From an uncultured Opitutaceae bacterium (GTDB taxonomy: Bacteria; Verrucomicrobiota; Verrucomicrobiia; Opitutales; Opitutaceae): a stretch of 64,000 nt of DNA. Made by a program: the position numbers and the translations under genes. This document shows, one piece after another, positions 1 to 8,049 of the stretch. The notes under the pieces are model-generated. The model did not search any database. It saw only the letters and a list, made by a program, of their open reading frames with translations, and was not told the DNA's origin. Numbering within the stretch: the stretch's first letter is position 1; each line of letters begins with the position of its first letter. The stretch lies in assembly GCA_964484165.1 (NCBI GenBank), contig CAZAFS010000001.1:763-64762 (forward strand), written 5' to 3'.

Positions 1-638
1 GCGTCCATGACCGTGCGGGCGCCGGCCGCGGTGTCGAAGTGGTAGGCCGGCAGCTCGGTGCAGGCGCGGCCGGCACAAAAGGCGTGGAGCGCGTGGAGTG
101 CGGTCTGCTCGTGCGGCGCGGCGCGCCACGCGGCGGGCGCCCCCTCCATCACCAGCACCTCGGACGGGTCGAGCGCGGCGAGCACCGGCAGCAGGCTCTC
201 GATGTGCGTGTCGGTGGCGATCCGGAACTCGCCGGTCGAGAGGTCGAGCCAGGCCGCGTGCAGGACCGCGCGGTCGAGCGAGACAGCGCACAGGTAGTGG
301 TTGCGGCCCGCCTCGAGCTGGTTCGGCGCCAGCGTGGTGCCGGGGCTGAGGATGCGGATGAGCGAACGCTTGACCAGCCGGCCGGGGCGGGCGGGCTCCT
401 GCTGGTCGCACAGCGCCACCTTTCGGCCGGCGGCGAGGAGGCGGTTCACGTAGGTGTCGACCGCGTGGTAGGGAATGCCCGCCATGGGCGCGTCCTGGCG
501 CTTGGTCAGCGTGAGGCCGAGCAGGCGCGAGCCGGCCTCGGCATCCTCGTAGAACATCTCGAAAAAGTCGCCCAGCCGTAACAGCAGCAACGTACCGGGC
601 GGCAGGCCGCGCTTGACCTCGAAATACTGCTGCATCAT
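1..638 (-). CDS. mutS: DNA mismatch repair protein MutS, N-terminal mismatch-binding part; the gene continues past the left window edge
   Basis: It is absent from the ORF track because it has no stop codon in the window. The reverse complement from 638 reads ATGATGCAGCAGTATTTCGAG, giving MMQQYFEVKRGLPPGTLLLLRLGDFFEMFYEDAEAGSRLLGLTLTKRQDAPMAGIPYHAVDTYVNRLLAAGRKVALCDQ. This is the MutS domain I signature. The + ORFs 39..581, 58..297 and 98..349 are its antisense shadows. Confidence 0.9.
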   Translation of the reverse strand, partial: MMQQYFEVKRGLPPGTLLLLRLGDFFEMFYEDAEAGSRLLGLTLTKRQDAPMAGIPYHAVDTYVNRLLAAGRKVALCDQQEPARPGRLVKRSLIRILSPGTTLAPNQLEAGRNHYLCAVSLDRAVLHAAWLDLSTGEFRIATDTHIESLLPVLAALDPSEVLVMEGAPAAWRAAPHEQTALHALHAFCAGRACTELPAYHFDTAAGARTVMD

Positions 639-685
639 TGGGGTTTGGTCTTTCATACCATACCCTCATACCACCCACGCCCGAA

Positions 686-1945
686 ATGAATCAATCGACC
701 AAGGCCGAGTGGCGCCGCACCACGATCCAAGGGCTCTACGAATACCGGCCGCGTGGCACGCCGGATACCGAGCGTGGGGTTTACTACTCCCGCTTCAGCC
801 TGAACGGCACCCGAACCTTTCGCTCTCACGAGACCAGTGTCTTTGAACATGCAAGGATTAGGCACGCAAAGCTTATGGTCGATGTCGAGAAAGACCGGCG
901 CCGGGGTGCGGACCTAGGCACCCCGTTCAAGACTCTGGGGAGCCTGCTCGCCGAGGTCGAAAGGCGTCTGGCCGCCATTGAAGTGGCCAAGGGGACCACT
1001 GTTGGCAGGCGGAACAACATCGCGCGTCTCAGGCAGCACTGGCGCCGGGGGAATTTCGACACCTTCCTGGCCCGGAACGTCACGGCTGACGTCATCAGCG
1101 AGCTGCGCGACCACCTGCTGAAGGAGGCGCCCTGGCATTACCATTTTGGAAGGAAGCGACGGGGGTTCAACCGTCGCGTGGTGAACATAACCCTGTGGGT
1201 GCTCAAGGTCATCATGGATCTCGCCGTCGAAAAGATGGTCGTCATTGAGAACCCGTTTCGGGTTTCCCGCGTGCTGCAGCAGCGGCTGACCGCTGGCGGT
1301 AAGGGTTCGAGGAAATCGGCCGAACCAGAACCCAAGCCGGCCATTCCTTCGCGCCCGGACATGATGCGCATCCTGGCCGAAATGCCGCGCGTCCCGGAGA
1401 ATTCGGAGAACTTCCGCCCCAATCCTGAACAGCGGCGGTACCTGGAGGTCCAGGCGGTGGAAATGGCCGATTTCGCGGAACTGCTGGCGTTTTCGGGGAT
1501 GCGCAAAGGCGAGGCCAAGCGTTCGACGGTCGCCGATGACTTGGGCGACGAATTCAAGATCCACGGCACCAAATCGGAAAGCTCCGAGCGCACGATTCCG
1601 GTGAATCCGATGCTGCGCTCGGTGCTTGATCGCATCAAGAGCCGGCGGATCGGCCCGCGGTCGCCGCTGGTCGTCACCTGGGAGCCGGGCGTGGCCCTGA
1701 AGCGCGCCTGCCGGCGGCTCGATCTGCCGCCGCTGCGCAACCACGATCTGCGGCACTTCTTTGCCTCGGCCTGCATCGCCAGCGGCGTTGACGTGCCGAC
1801 CGTCTCCCGCTGGCTCGGCCACGCCGACGGCGGTGCGCTCGCCATGAAGACCTACGGCCATTTGCTGCGCGATCATAGTATTGCGGCGGCGAAGAAGGTG
1901 GATTTCACCGGCAGCGGCAGCGCCGCTCGAGCGATTCCCGCGTGA
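686..1945 (+). CDS. Tyrosine-type site-specific recombinase (phage-type integrase)
   Basis: This is ORF 638..1945, with the likely ATG at 686 (MNQSTKAEW). The C-terminal catalytic box HDLRHFFASACIASGVDVPTVSRWLGHADGGALAMKTYGHLL shows the H-x-x-R ... H ... Y pattern. The upstream LLAFSGMRKGEA is the Arg-I region. Confidence 0.9.
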   Translation: MNQSTKAEWRRTTIQGLYEYRPRGTPDTERGVYYSRFSLNGTRTFRSHETSVFEHARIRHAKLMVDVEKDRRRGADLGTPFKTLGSLLAEVERRLAAIEVAKGTTVGRRNNIARLRQHWRRGNFDTFLARNVTADVISELRDHLLKEAPWHYHFGRKRRGFNRRVVNITLWVLKVIMDLAVEKMVVIENPFRVSRVLQQRLTAGGKGSRKSAEPEPKPAIPSRPDMMRILAEMPRVPENSENFRPNPEQRRYLEVQAVEMADFAELLAFSGMRKGEAKRSTVADDLGDEFKIHGTKSESSERTIPVNPMLRSVLDRIKSRRIGPRSPLVVTWEPGVALKRACRRLDLPPLRNHDLRHFFASACIASGVDVPTVSRWLGHADGGALAMKTYGHLLRDHSIAAAKKVDFTGSGSAARAIPA

Positions 1946-2237
1946 TGAGCACCCGCCGGGTTCCGCCGATCCGTTTGAGGTTCCCGAGAATCAGTTCCTT
2001 GTAGAGGGAAGAGCGGGAGATCCCCCCGAGAAGGCGCCGCGCGGTCTTGCCGTCATACGCTTCCGGCAGAGCCGGCGCGGCCGATTCCGGCCGCTGCGCC
2101 TCTCCCTCCAAGCCCGCGCCAATGTGAAGGCAAAATTCATGGGCTTCCGTCTCGTCGGCGGCTTCCGACCACAGGCGACGCAAGCGGCCGTTGGCCGCAC
2201 GAATGGCAGAGAAGGTCTTGATGCTGGTCACGATCAT
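1905..2237 (-). CDS. Excisionase/AlpA-type helix-turn-helix protein with an N-terminal extension
   Basis: The ORF starts with ATG at 2237. The C-terminal part, DGKTARRLLGGISRSSLYKELILGNLKRIGGTRRVLITRESLE, matches the Xis/AlpA/MerR-like HTH pattern. It overlaps the integrase 3' end convergently by 41 nt. Confidence 0.5.
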   Translation of the reverse strand: MIVTSIKTFSAIRAANGRLRRLWSEAADETEAHEFCLHIGAGLEGEAQRPESAAPALPEAYDGKTARRLLGGISRSSLYKELILGNLKRIGGTRRVLITRESLERRCRCR

Positions 2238-2692
2238 TTTCTCAGCCGCGGGTCACCTTTTCCCGATTCCTTTGCAGCAGACGGCGCCCCATCACCGTAA
2301 GCACATGGCAATGCTCCATGTGACTATTCACCTGCGATGAGGATTCACGCCATCTGGTCATGCTTGGTGGCTATCATAAACCCATACGAACTCGAGAAAT
2401 TACCGCAGGTGAAGTGCCATGAAGTGTCTGAAACGGCTTCGTTCAGCTGTGGCGCGACCGACCAACCCTATCCGAATCAAATCATACTCGACACCCAGAT
2501 GAGCGACAGCCGTCGCCGCCGTCTACCTATACAATGAGGCACACGCCACCCCTAACGGTCGTTAGGCGCAGGTTGCTTCGCTACTGCTCTGCTGCTGCAT
2601 TTGTCCGGTGTCCGCACTGTTTCTGTTTTACTTGAACCCATACAAACGTATTATGCCGACAAAAGCCATCCTCCGACCTGCACGCCCGCTTG

Positions 2693-3043
2693 ATGGACGA
2701 CGCCCGGCGTTATGATCCGGCGGAGCACTCTCGCAGCCGGCTGGCGCCGTTACGAGACGTCCTGCTGATTTGGCGGGCCAAGGCCATGAGCTATGAACAG
2801 ATTGCGGCGGCCCTGACCAGGCATGGGCTCAAGACCTTACCGGCAGGCGTGGGCGCCTTCTGCCGCCGAACCTTGTCCAAGGCGGAGATCCTGCGGGAAC
2901 AGAACCGAATCCGGACGGAGACGCCCAACAAGCCGGTTGCGATCGCTTCGAGCTTCCAGGGGCTCTCCGCGGTCGCACCGCCAGTTCCGGCACCGCTGCC
3001 GCCGGGCCGCCGGGGACCAAGGATCGCCCGGGACAATTACTGA
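2693..3043 (+). CDS. Small hypothetical protein with a probable HTH (MSYEQIAAALTRHGLKT) and a Pro-rich tail
   Basis: This is ORF 2690..3043; the track start is TTG and an ATG follows at 2693. Its composition is coding-like and it lies inside the integrase module. No family was recognised. Confidence 0.4.
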   Translation: MDDARRYDPAEHSRSRLAPLRDVLLIWRAKAMSYEQIAAALTRHGLKTLPAGVGAFCRRTLSKAEILREQNRIRTETPNKPVAIASSFQGLSAVAPPVPAPLPPGRRGPRIARDNY

Positions 3044-3068
3044 CCAACGAGCGAGGCGGCGCCTGGAT

Positions 3069-3536
3069 TCAAGGCTTCCCGCCCTTGCGTGCCTTTCGGG
3101 CGGCCCACCCGCGAGGCTTCGGAGGGAAGGCGGCCAGGTATTTCCTTATCGCTGGCGCCAGGGCTTCGTCGTCGGGAGCAGCCCGCAGCAACGCGCGTAC
3201 GACAAACGCCCGGTTGGCCAGCATTAGCTTTTCTGCCAATTCGGTGACGACGCCGTCGAGTTTCTTCACCAAATCGGGCGACAAATCGACCGTCGGGTGA
3301 CCGGCCACGCAGTCAGCTTCCCTCGGCCCTCCCTTCCTTTCGTAGGTCTTGGCGAGCAGTACTGCGTGGGCGAACATCTCAGTGGCGGAGGTGAGGTGGA
3401 TCAGCGCGCGCAGCACCGTGCCCCCGCGCACCGGAAGTCCCCTCTGGCGCAGTCCGACCCTGCACGTGTTCAGCGCCTGCACGTCGGCGGGGTAGAACGT
3501 AAAGCTGACCTTGATGGACGCCGGGTCCGTACTCAT
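3069..3536 (-). CDS. Hypothetical DNA-binding protein with two ribbon-helix-helix-like repeats
   Basis: This is ORF 3069..3758 trimmed to the ATG at 3536 (MSTDPASIKVSFTFYPADVQAL). There are two beta-strand/helix units: KVSFTFYPADVQAL...GGTVLRALIHL and PTVDLSPDLVKKLDGVVTELAEK...NRAFVVRALLRAA. The tail is basic. Two palindromes lie 66-137 nt upstream. Confidence 0.5.
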   Translation of the reverse strand: MSTDPASIKVSFTFYPADVQALNTCRVGLRQRGLPVRGGTVLRALIHLTSATEMFAHAVLLAKTYERKGGPREADCVAGHPTVDLSPDLVKKLDGVVTELAEKLMLANRAFVVRALLRAAPDDEALAPAIRKYLAAFPPKPRGWAARKARKGGKP

Positions 3537-3601
3537 GGCGAAACCATATCCCCATACGCGAATCGTTGACAACGGCCAAAGCTCCGTGGGCGGATAGCCA
3601 A

Positions 3602-3673
3602 TTCCGCAGACCGTGTCTGCGAAATGCGCTGGGACCAGCCGGGACGCATTTCGGCAGACACTGTCTGCCGAAA
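3602..3673. promoter_or_regulatory. Pair of related palindromic operator-like sites upstream of the RHH-like gene
   Basis: Site 1 is 3602-3624, TTCCGCAGAC-CGT-GTCTGCGAAA. Site 2 is 3649-3673, TTTCGGCAGACA-C-TGTCTGCCGAAA, a perfect 12+1+12 inverted repeat. The shared core is GCAGAC...GTCTGC. Confidence 0.5.
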
Positions 3674-3797
3674 CTGGTGCGGCCCGGGCTGGGTGCGAAA
3701 TTCGAGGCGACGGTTCGGAAATACGACCGACCGCTGCCAGCCGGGAATTCCAAATCACTGATTCGAAAATTCGACTTAGCCGGACGCGCCGCTGGTT

Positions 3798-4271
3798 TTA
3801 CTCTGTCGCGCCGTTGCCACCGCTGCGCCAGCTGTAGGCGAGGAGCAGCCGGCCTTCTTTCATGCGCGTAAGTCCGGGCGACATGCAGTTCACTAATGCG
3901 TCCTTGTCGTCTACGACGACCCACGGCTTCGACCACGTTCGACCATCGTCGGCCGAAGTCATGCCGCTGATGCGGGCGTAGCCGTCATCGCCGGTCGGGT
4001 CGCATCGCAGCGGCGAGGGGGGCGGGCGCTCGGCGACCGGCAGGAGGTCTTCGCGAAGGAATTCCGACCAGAGGAGCAATAATCGGCCGTCCTTGAGCCG
4101 AATCACCGTTTGTTCGCCGTGCTTGGGCGCCTCGACGGTGGCCCGAACGATGATTTGTTTTTTGACGCCGGGTATTTCACGAAGCGCCGGAAGACCTTCG
4201 TCCCAGGCAGCGCTGACGGCCGGCACCAGGTGCGCGGCGAATAACGAGAACGCGACGGCGGAGTATTTCAT
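3798..4271 (-). pseudogene. BNR/Asp-box (sialidase-like) exported protein, N-terminal fragment only
   Basis: This is ORF 3798..4385 trimmed to the ATG at 4271 (MKYSAVAFSLFAAHLVPAVSAA, a signal peptide). It has one Asp-box, SADDGRTWS. It ends after about 157 aa at the edge of the integrase module, whereas this family is usually more than twice as long. Confidence 0.6.
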
Positions 4272-4388
4272 CGCGGTTGAGAAAAACGTTCGCTGCTCCG
4301 CGGGCAACGCAAGCAGTCCGGTTCTTTTCCTGCACCTTTGCTTCCAACTCGCGTAAGCACGAAGCGAAACTAGATAAGGCCGCACCCG

Positions 4389-6203
4389 ATGATGACGACT
4401 AGTGCCCCGGTTTTTGACTTAGTGGTCTATGGTTCGACCGCTCCGGGCATTGCCGCCGCGGTCCGCGCAGCTCGAGAGGGGTTGAACGTTGCGCTGATTG
4501 GCGCCAGCCAGATACTCGGCGGAAGCCTGCCGTCGCTCGGCGCGATCGAGACGCACTACCGCGGCAACCGGGCTCCGCTACTGCAGGAATTCGTCGACGC
4601 CGTGCAGTCCTATTATCGCGAACGATTCGGTGCCGACTCAGAGCAATATCGCGCCAGCACCGAGGGCAAGATGCTGACCTTTGAACCGCATGTAGCTGAA
4701 TCAGTGCTCGAGTCCATGGTGGCGGCGGAAATATTTCTCCGGGTTTGGCGCGGATTTGTGCCAGTGGCGGCGAACAGGGAAGGGGCAATGATCCGGGCCG
4801 TGGTGTTTCAGGGCGTGGAGACCGGCGAAAAGCTGCGCTTGGCGGCAGGGGCGTTCATCGAGGCAAGTTACGAGGGAGACCTGATGGCTTTGGCCGGCGT
4901 GGCTCATCGCGTCGGTCGGGAGGCGCGGGCTGAATTCGGGGAGCCAAGCGCGGGCCGGGTGTTCACGAAGTGGCTTACCGGTGTGTATCCGCGTGCCGCG
5001 GTCGAGGGGCGGCTGAACTTGATCACCGCCGGTGCGACCACCTCGGCGCCACAGCCCGGCAGCACGGGGGAGGGTGACGAAAACATCCAGTCCTACAGCT
5101 ACCGGCTGTGCCTGACCGACAATCCCGCGAACCGTCGATTGCTGGCTGCGCCGCCGCCGCGTTACGACCGCGTGAAGTATGCGCCCATTTTGTTGCCGCC
5201 GGTGGAGAAGGCAAAATTTCCCCTGCCGTTCCATCATCGTTTTCTGATCTACTCGTTGGGCGAAATGGTGGCGCGCGACCACATTTTCCACGGCCATCAG
5301 CTCCCCAATCGCAAGCGAAGCTGGAATGCCACCAACTTCACGGGGGCCGGCCGCGACTATCCCGCAGCGGATGCCGGCACCAGAAGGCAAATTGCCCGGC
5401 AACATATGGATCACGCCTTGGGTCTGATGTGGTTTTTGCAGACCGATCCGGCCATGCCGGCCGAATTGCGAGGCCAGGCCTGCGAGTGGGGGCTGGCGCG
5501 GGATGAGTTCACCGACAACGACAACCTCCCGCCCCAGCTCTATGTTCGCGAGGCACGGCGGATGGTGGGACGCAGTAATTTTACCGAGCATGATGCGCTC
5601 GCCGCGCCGGGAACGGAGCGCGCACACCTCCACGCCGACTCCATTGGCATCACGGAATTTTCCCTCGATTCGCTCGCTTGCACCACCGAGCGACAACCCG
5701 GCACTCTGTGCGACGGACAATTGTTCCAGATGGAAGAATCACGTCCGGGCCAAGTGCCATACGGCGTTGTGCTGGCCCGCGAGCTCGACAACTTGCTGGT
5801 GGTCACAACTGTGTCGGCGACACATGTCGGCTGGGGCACGATCCGCCAGACCCCAACGTTGATGCACTTGGCGGAATCGGTGGCGTGGGCCGTTGTGCTC
5901 GCGGCGCAAAAGAAAATCGCTCCGGCGAGCGTGAAAGTTGACGATCTCCAGCGCATCCTGGTCGCGCGCGGCGTGATGATTTCGTTTTTCAACGATTTCG
6001 ACATGGGTATCCGCGAACCGTGGGTGCCCGCTGTTCAATATCTTGGCCCGCGGGGATTCTTCACTTCCTATGACGCTCGGCCAACTGAGGCGCTTGACTT
6101 TGCGACGGCAACGGCATGGGCAAGCATCGCCGGCGTGCCGGCCGCAACGCTGGCTGGCCTCAACCGTGGCGCCGCGTGCTTGCGCTGCTTCGCCGCGGGC
6201 TGA
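4389..6203 (+). CDS. FAD-dependent oxidoreductase (FAD_oxidored-type, large)
   Basis: The N-terminus has a dinucleotide-binding fold, FDLVVYGSTAPGIAAAVRAAREGLNVALI. The ORF is a clean 604 aa and diverges from the BNR fragment. Confidence 0.8.
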   Translation: MMTTSAPVFDLVVYGSTAPGIAAAVRAAREGLNVALIGASQILGGSLPSLGAIETHYRGNRAPLLQEFVDAVQSYYRERFGADSEQYRASTEGKMLTFEPHVAESVLESMVAAEIFLRVWRGFVPVAANREGAMIRAVVFQGVETGEKLRLAAGAFIEASYEGDLMALAGVAHRVGREARAEFGEPSAGRVFTKWLTGVYPRAAVEGRLNLITAGATTSAPQPGSTGEGDENIQSYSYRLCLTDNPANRRLLAAPPPRYDRVKYAPILLPPVEKAKFPLPFHHRFLIYSLGEMVARDHIFHGHQLPNRKRSWNATNFTGAGRDYPAADAGTRRQIARQHMDHALGLMWFLQTDPAMPAELRGQACEWGLARDEFTDNDNLPPQLYVREARRMVGRSNFTEHDALAAPGTERAHLHADSIGITEFSLDSLACTTERQPGTLCDGQLFQMEESRPGQVPYGVVLARELDNLLVVTTVSATHVGWGTIRQTPTLMHLAESVAWAVVLAAQKKIAPASVKVDDLQRILVARGVMISFFNDFDMGIREPWVPAVQYLGPRGFFTSYDARPTEALDFATATAWASIAGVPAATLAGLNRGAACLRCFAAG

Positions 6204-6243
6204 GGATCGGCCGCCCAGGGTGATCACCGCCGGGATATTGCTT

Positions 6244-6999
6244 TCAAAACGGCTGGGCGGCGGGACGCAGTTGGACGTCGCACACCTGCACGCCGGGCGG
6301 TGCGGAGAGGATGTAGCGGACGGCCGCGACAATGTCCGTTGCCGCAAGCGGCGCGTAAGGGTAGGTGCCTTTCTGCGTGAGCAATCCGTTAGGTTTGGAA
6401 TGCCATGGAGTATCCACGAGGCCTGGCGAAACCAGGGCGACCTTTACGGTGAGTCCTTCTGCGAGTAGCTCGTTGCGCATGCCGTCGGTCAGAATGCGCA
6501 GGGCGTGCTTGGTAGCGGCATAGAGTGCCGGCGTGCCGGGAACGACCCTGTGCCCGGTCATGGACGAAACATTGATGATTGCGGCATCGGGCTTGCCGCG
6601 CATGCCCGCGGCGGCTTCCCGCATGCAGACGAGCGCCGCCCGCACATTGATGTCCAGGGCGGATTGGATTTCGTCCCAGTCGGCTTGAATTAGCGAGCGG
6701 CCGCCCAGAGATCCCGCGCTGTTGACGAGCACGTCAACGGTTCCCCAATGCGCCGCAACGCTGGCGAAGAAGCGCCGATTTGCTGCCACCTCGCGCTGGT
6801 CACCCACCAACACCAGCGCCTCCCCTCCGGCTGAGCGAACGGCGGCGGCGGTTTCGGCGAGCGCCGACTCGCGCCGCCCGGTCACCGCAACCTTCATTTG
6901 TAGCCGGCCAAAATCCTCGGCAATGGCGCGCCCGATTCCAGACGACGCCCCCGTGACGAGGGCGATTTTCCCGCGCCAACGTTCGGTATCTTGGACCAT
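6244..6999 (-). CDS. Short-chain dehydrogenase/reductase (SDR)
   Basis: This is ORF 6244..7119 trimmed to the ATG at 6999. The motifs are KIALVTGASSGIGRAIA (TGxxxGIG), NSAG and YAATKHAL (YxxxK). Confidence 0.85.
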   Translation of the reverse strand: MVQDTERWRGKIALVTGASSGIGRAIAEDFGRLQMKVAVTGRRESALAETAAAVRSAGGEALVLVGDQREVAANRRFFASVAAHWGTVDVLVNSAGSLGGRSLIQADWDEIQSALDINVRAALVCMREAAAGMRGKPDAAIINVSSMTGHRVVPGTPALYAATKHALRILTDGMRNELLAEGLTVKVALVSPGLVDTPWHSKPNGLLTQKGTYPYAPLAATDIVAAVRYILSAPPGVQVCDVQLRPAAQPF

Positions 7000-7102
7000 G
7001 GATTGAGCATCGCGAGGGTCTGGCTCCGGTTGCAATGGGGGATTGTGGTCCAATCTGCGCACCAGTCGATTGCCTTTGGACTGGACCGTGCACGGCAAAA
7101 CA

Positions 7103-7973
7103 CTACGGCGTGTCTTCAAACCCTCGGTAACTGAGTTTGAGGCCTGAGCGTCGTCGGAATGCCATGAACATCATTGAACGCTGGGAACTGCCGGAGCCGC
7201 TGTGGGACCGGCTTAAGAAATTAATCTGATCCGACGCCGCTATCGGCAGAGGGCAGAATGGCACAGGCGCGGCGGACGGCCGCCCAAGGACGATCGGATG
7301 ATGGTAACGGCGATGTGGTATGTCCTGCGCACCGGCCTGCCGTGGCGGGATCTGCCCGAGCGCTTCGGCCCGTGGAGTTCGGTGTACACGCGGTTTCGTC
7401 GTTGGTGCGGGTACGGCCTGTGGGCGCGCCTGTTCCGGCGAATGCGCTCCCACGCCTGGGACCAGATCCGCAGTCTGGACTGCTCGCACGGCAAGGTGCA
7501 TGCCGACGGGGCCAATCCTGCGGGCGGCCAAGAGGGCCAAGCGATGGGTCGAACCAAGGGCGGCCTCAACTCCAAGGTGGCCGCAACGGTGGATGCCTTG
7601 GGCCGACCGGTGCAACTGGCCGTGGCGCCTGGGCCGCAGCATGACTTGCTCGCCTGCGCGCCGTTGCTGCCGAGCTTGCGCGACTGCTGGTTGCTGGCCG
7701 ATCGCAGATTCGACGCCGACGACTTCCGCCAGCGGCTCGACGCTCAGGGGGTGCGGGCCTGCATCCCACCCCGGTCGGGCCGGCGCTGGCCCAGTCGGTT
7801 CAGCCGCCGACTGTACCGGCAACGCCACACGGTCGAAAACTTCTTCGCCCGGATCAAACGATACCGCCGCATCGCCACCCGCTATGAAAAACTCGCCGAT
7901 CATTTTCTTGGCTTCCTGCTATTCGCCGCCGTGCTCGATTGGCTCAAGTTTGGGGTTTGAAGACACGCCGTAG
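7103..7973 (+). mobile_element. IS5-family insertion sequence, apparently complete
   Basis: The terminal inverted repeats match at 21 of 21 positions: 7103-7123 CTACGGCGTGTCTTCAAACCC and the reverse complement of 7953-7973. The element is bracketed by C-TA ... TA-G, which is compatible with a TA duplication at a CTAG target. It carries the transposase described in the next feature. Confidence 0.85.
7164..7960 (+). CDS. IS5-family (DDE) transposase in two reading frames that need a -1 shift
   Basis: orfA is 7164-7229 (MNIIERWELPEPLWDRLKKLI*). The -1 frame is open from 7217 and reads ...RRRYRQRAEWHRRGGRPPKDDRMMVTAMWYVLRTGLPWRDLPERFGPWSSVYTRFRRW ... ENFFARIKRYRRIATRYEKL. The frames overlap for only 10 nt (GAAATTAATC) and I saw no canonical slippery heptamer there. 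Confidence 0.75.
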
Positions 7974-8049
7974 AGATGATCGGCGGCGGAGCCTCGGCGC
8001 GAGGAACGTAGGCCCCCTCTGCCTTCGGCAGCGGACCGCGACGGCTCGC

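Noticed and set aside
39-581. Long ORFs lie antisense to or overlapping recognised genes. Examples are 39..581 (+), 914..1876 (-), 4701..5720 (-), 7103..7903 (-), 12602..13483 (-), 28012..28767 (-), 31191..32153 (-), 32956..33909 (-), 39547..41001 (+), 42919..44142 (-), 51860..53134 (+), 55152..56345 (+), 57683..58723 (+) and 61782..62897 (+).
   Set aside because: Their translations are Arg/Ala/Gly/Pro-rich and low in complexity, with no family motifs. Each one overlaps a gene on the other strand or frame that has clear family signatures. These are the shadow ORFs typical of GC-rich DNA.
2337-2537. A 66-aa ORF lies in the AT-richer spacer of the integrase module. The nearby 16-bp palindrome CCTAACGGTCGTTAGG is at 2551-2566, and an 11-mer (CAATGAGGCAC, 2531-2541) is identical to part of the IS66 terminus.
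   Set aside because: The ORF has no recognisable features and an odd composition. The palindrome has only a 2-nt centre and no obvious partner gene. The 11-mer match does not extend and could be chance. I noted these for completeness only.
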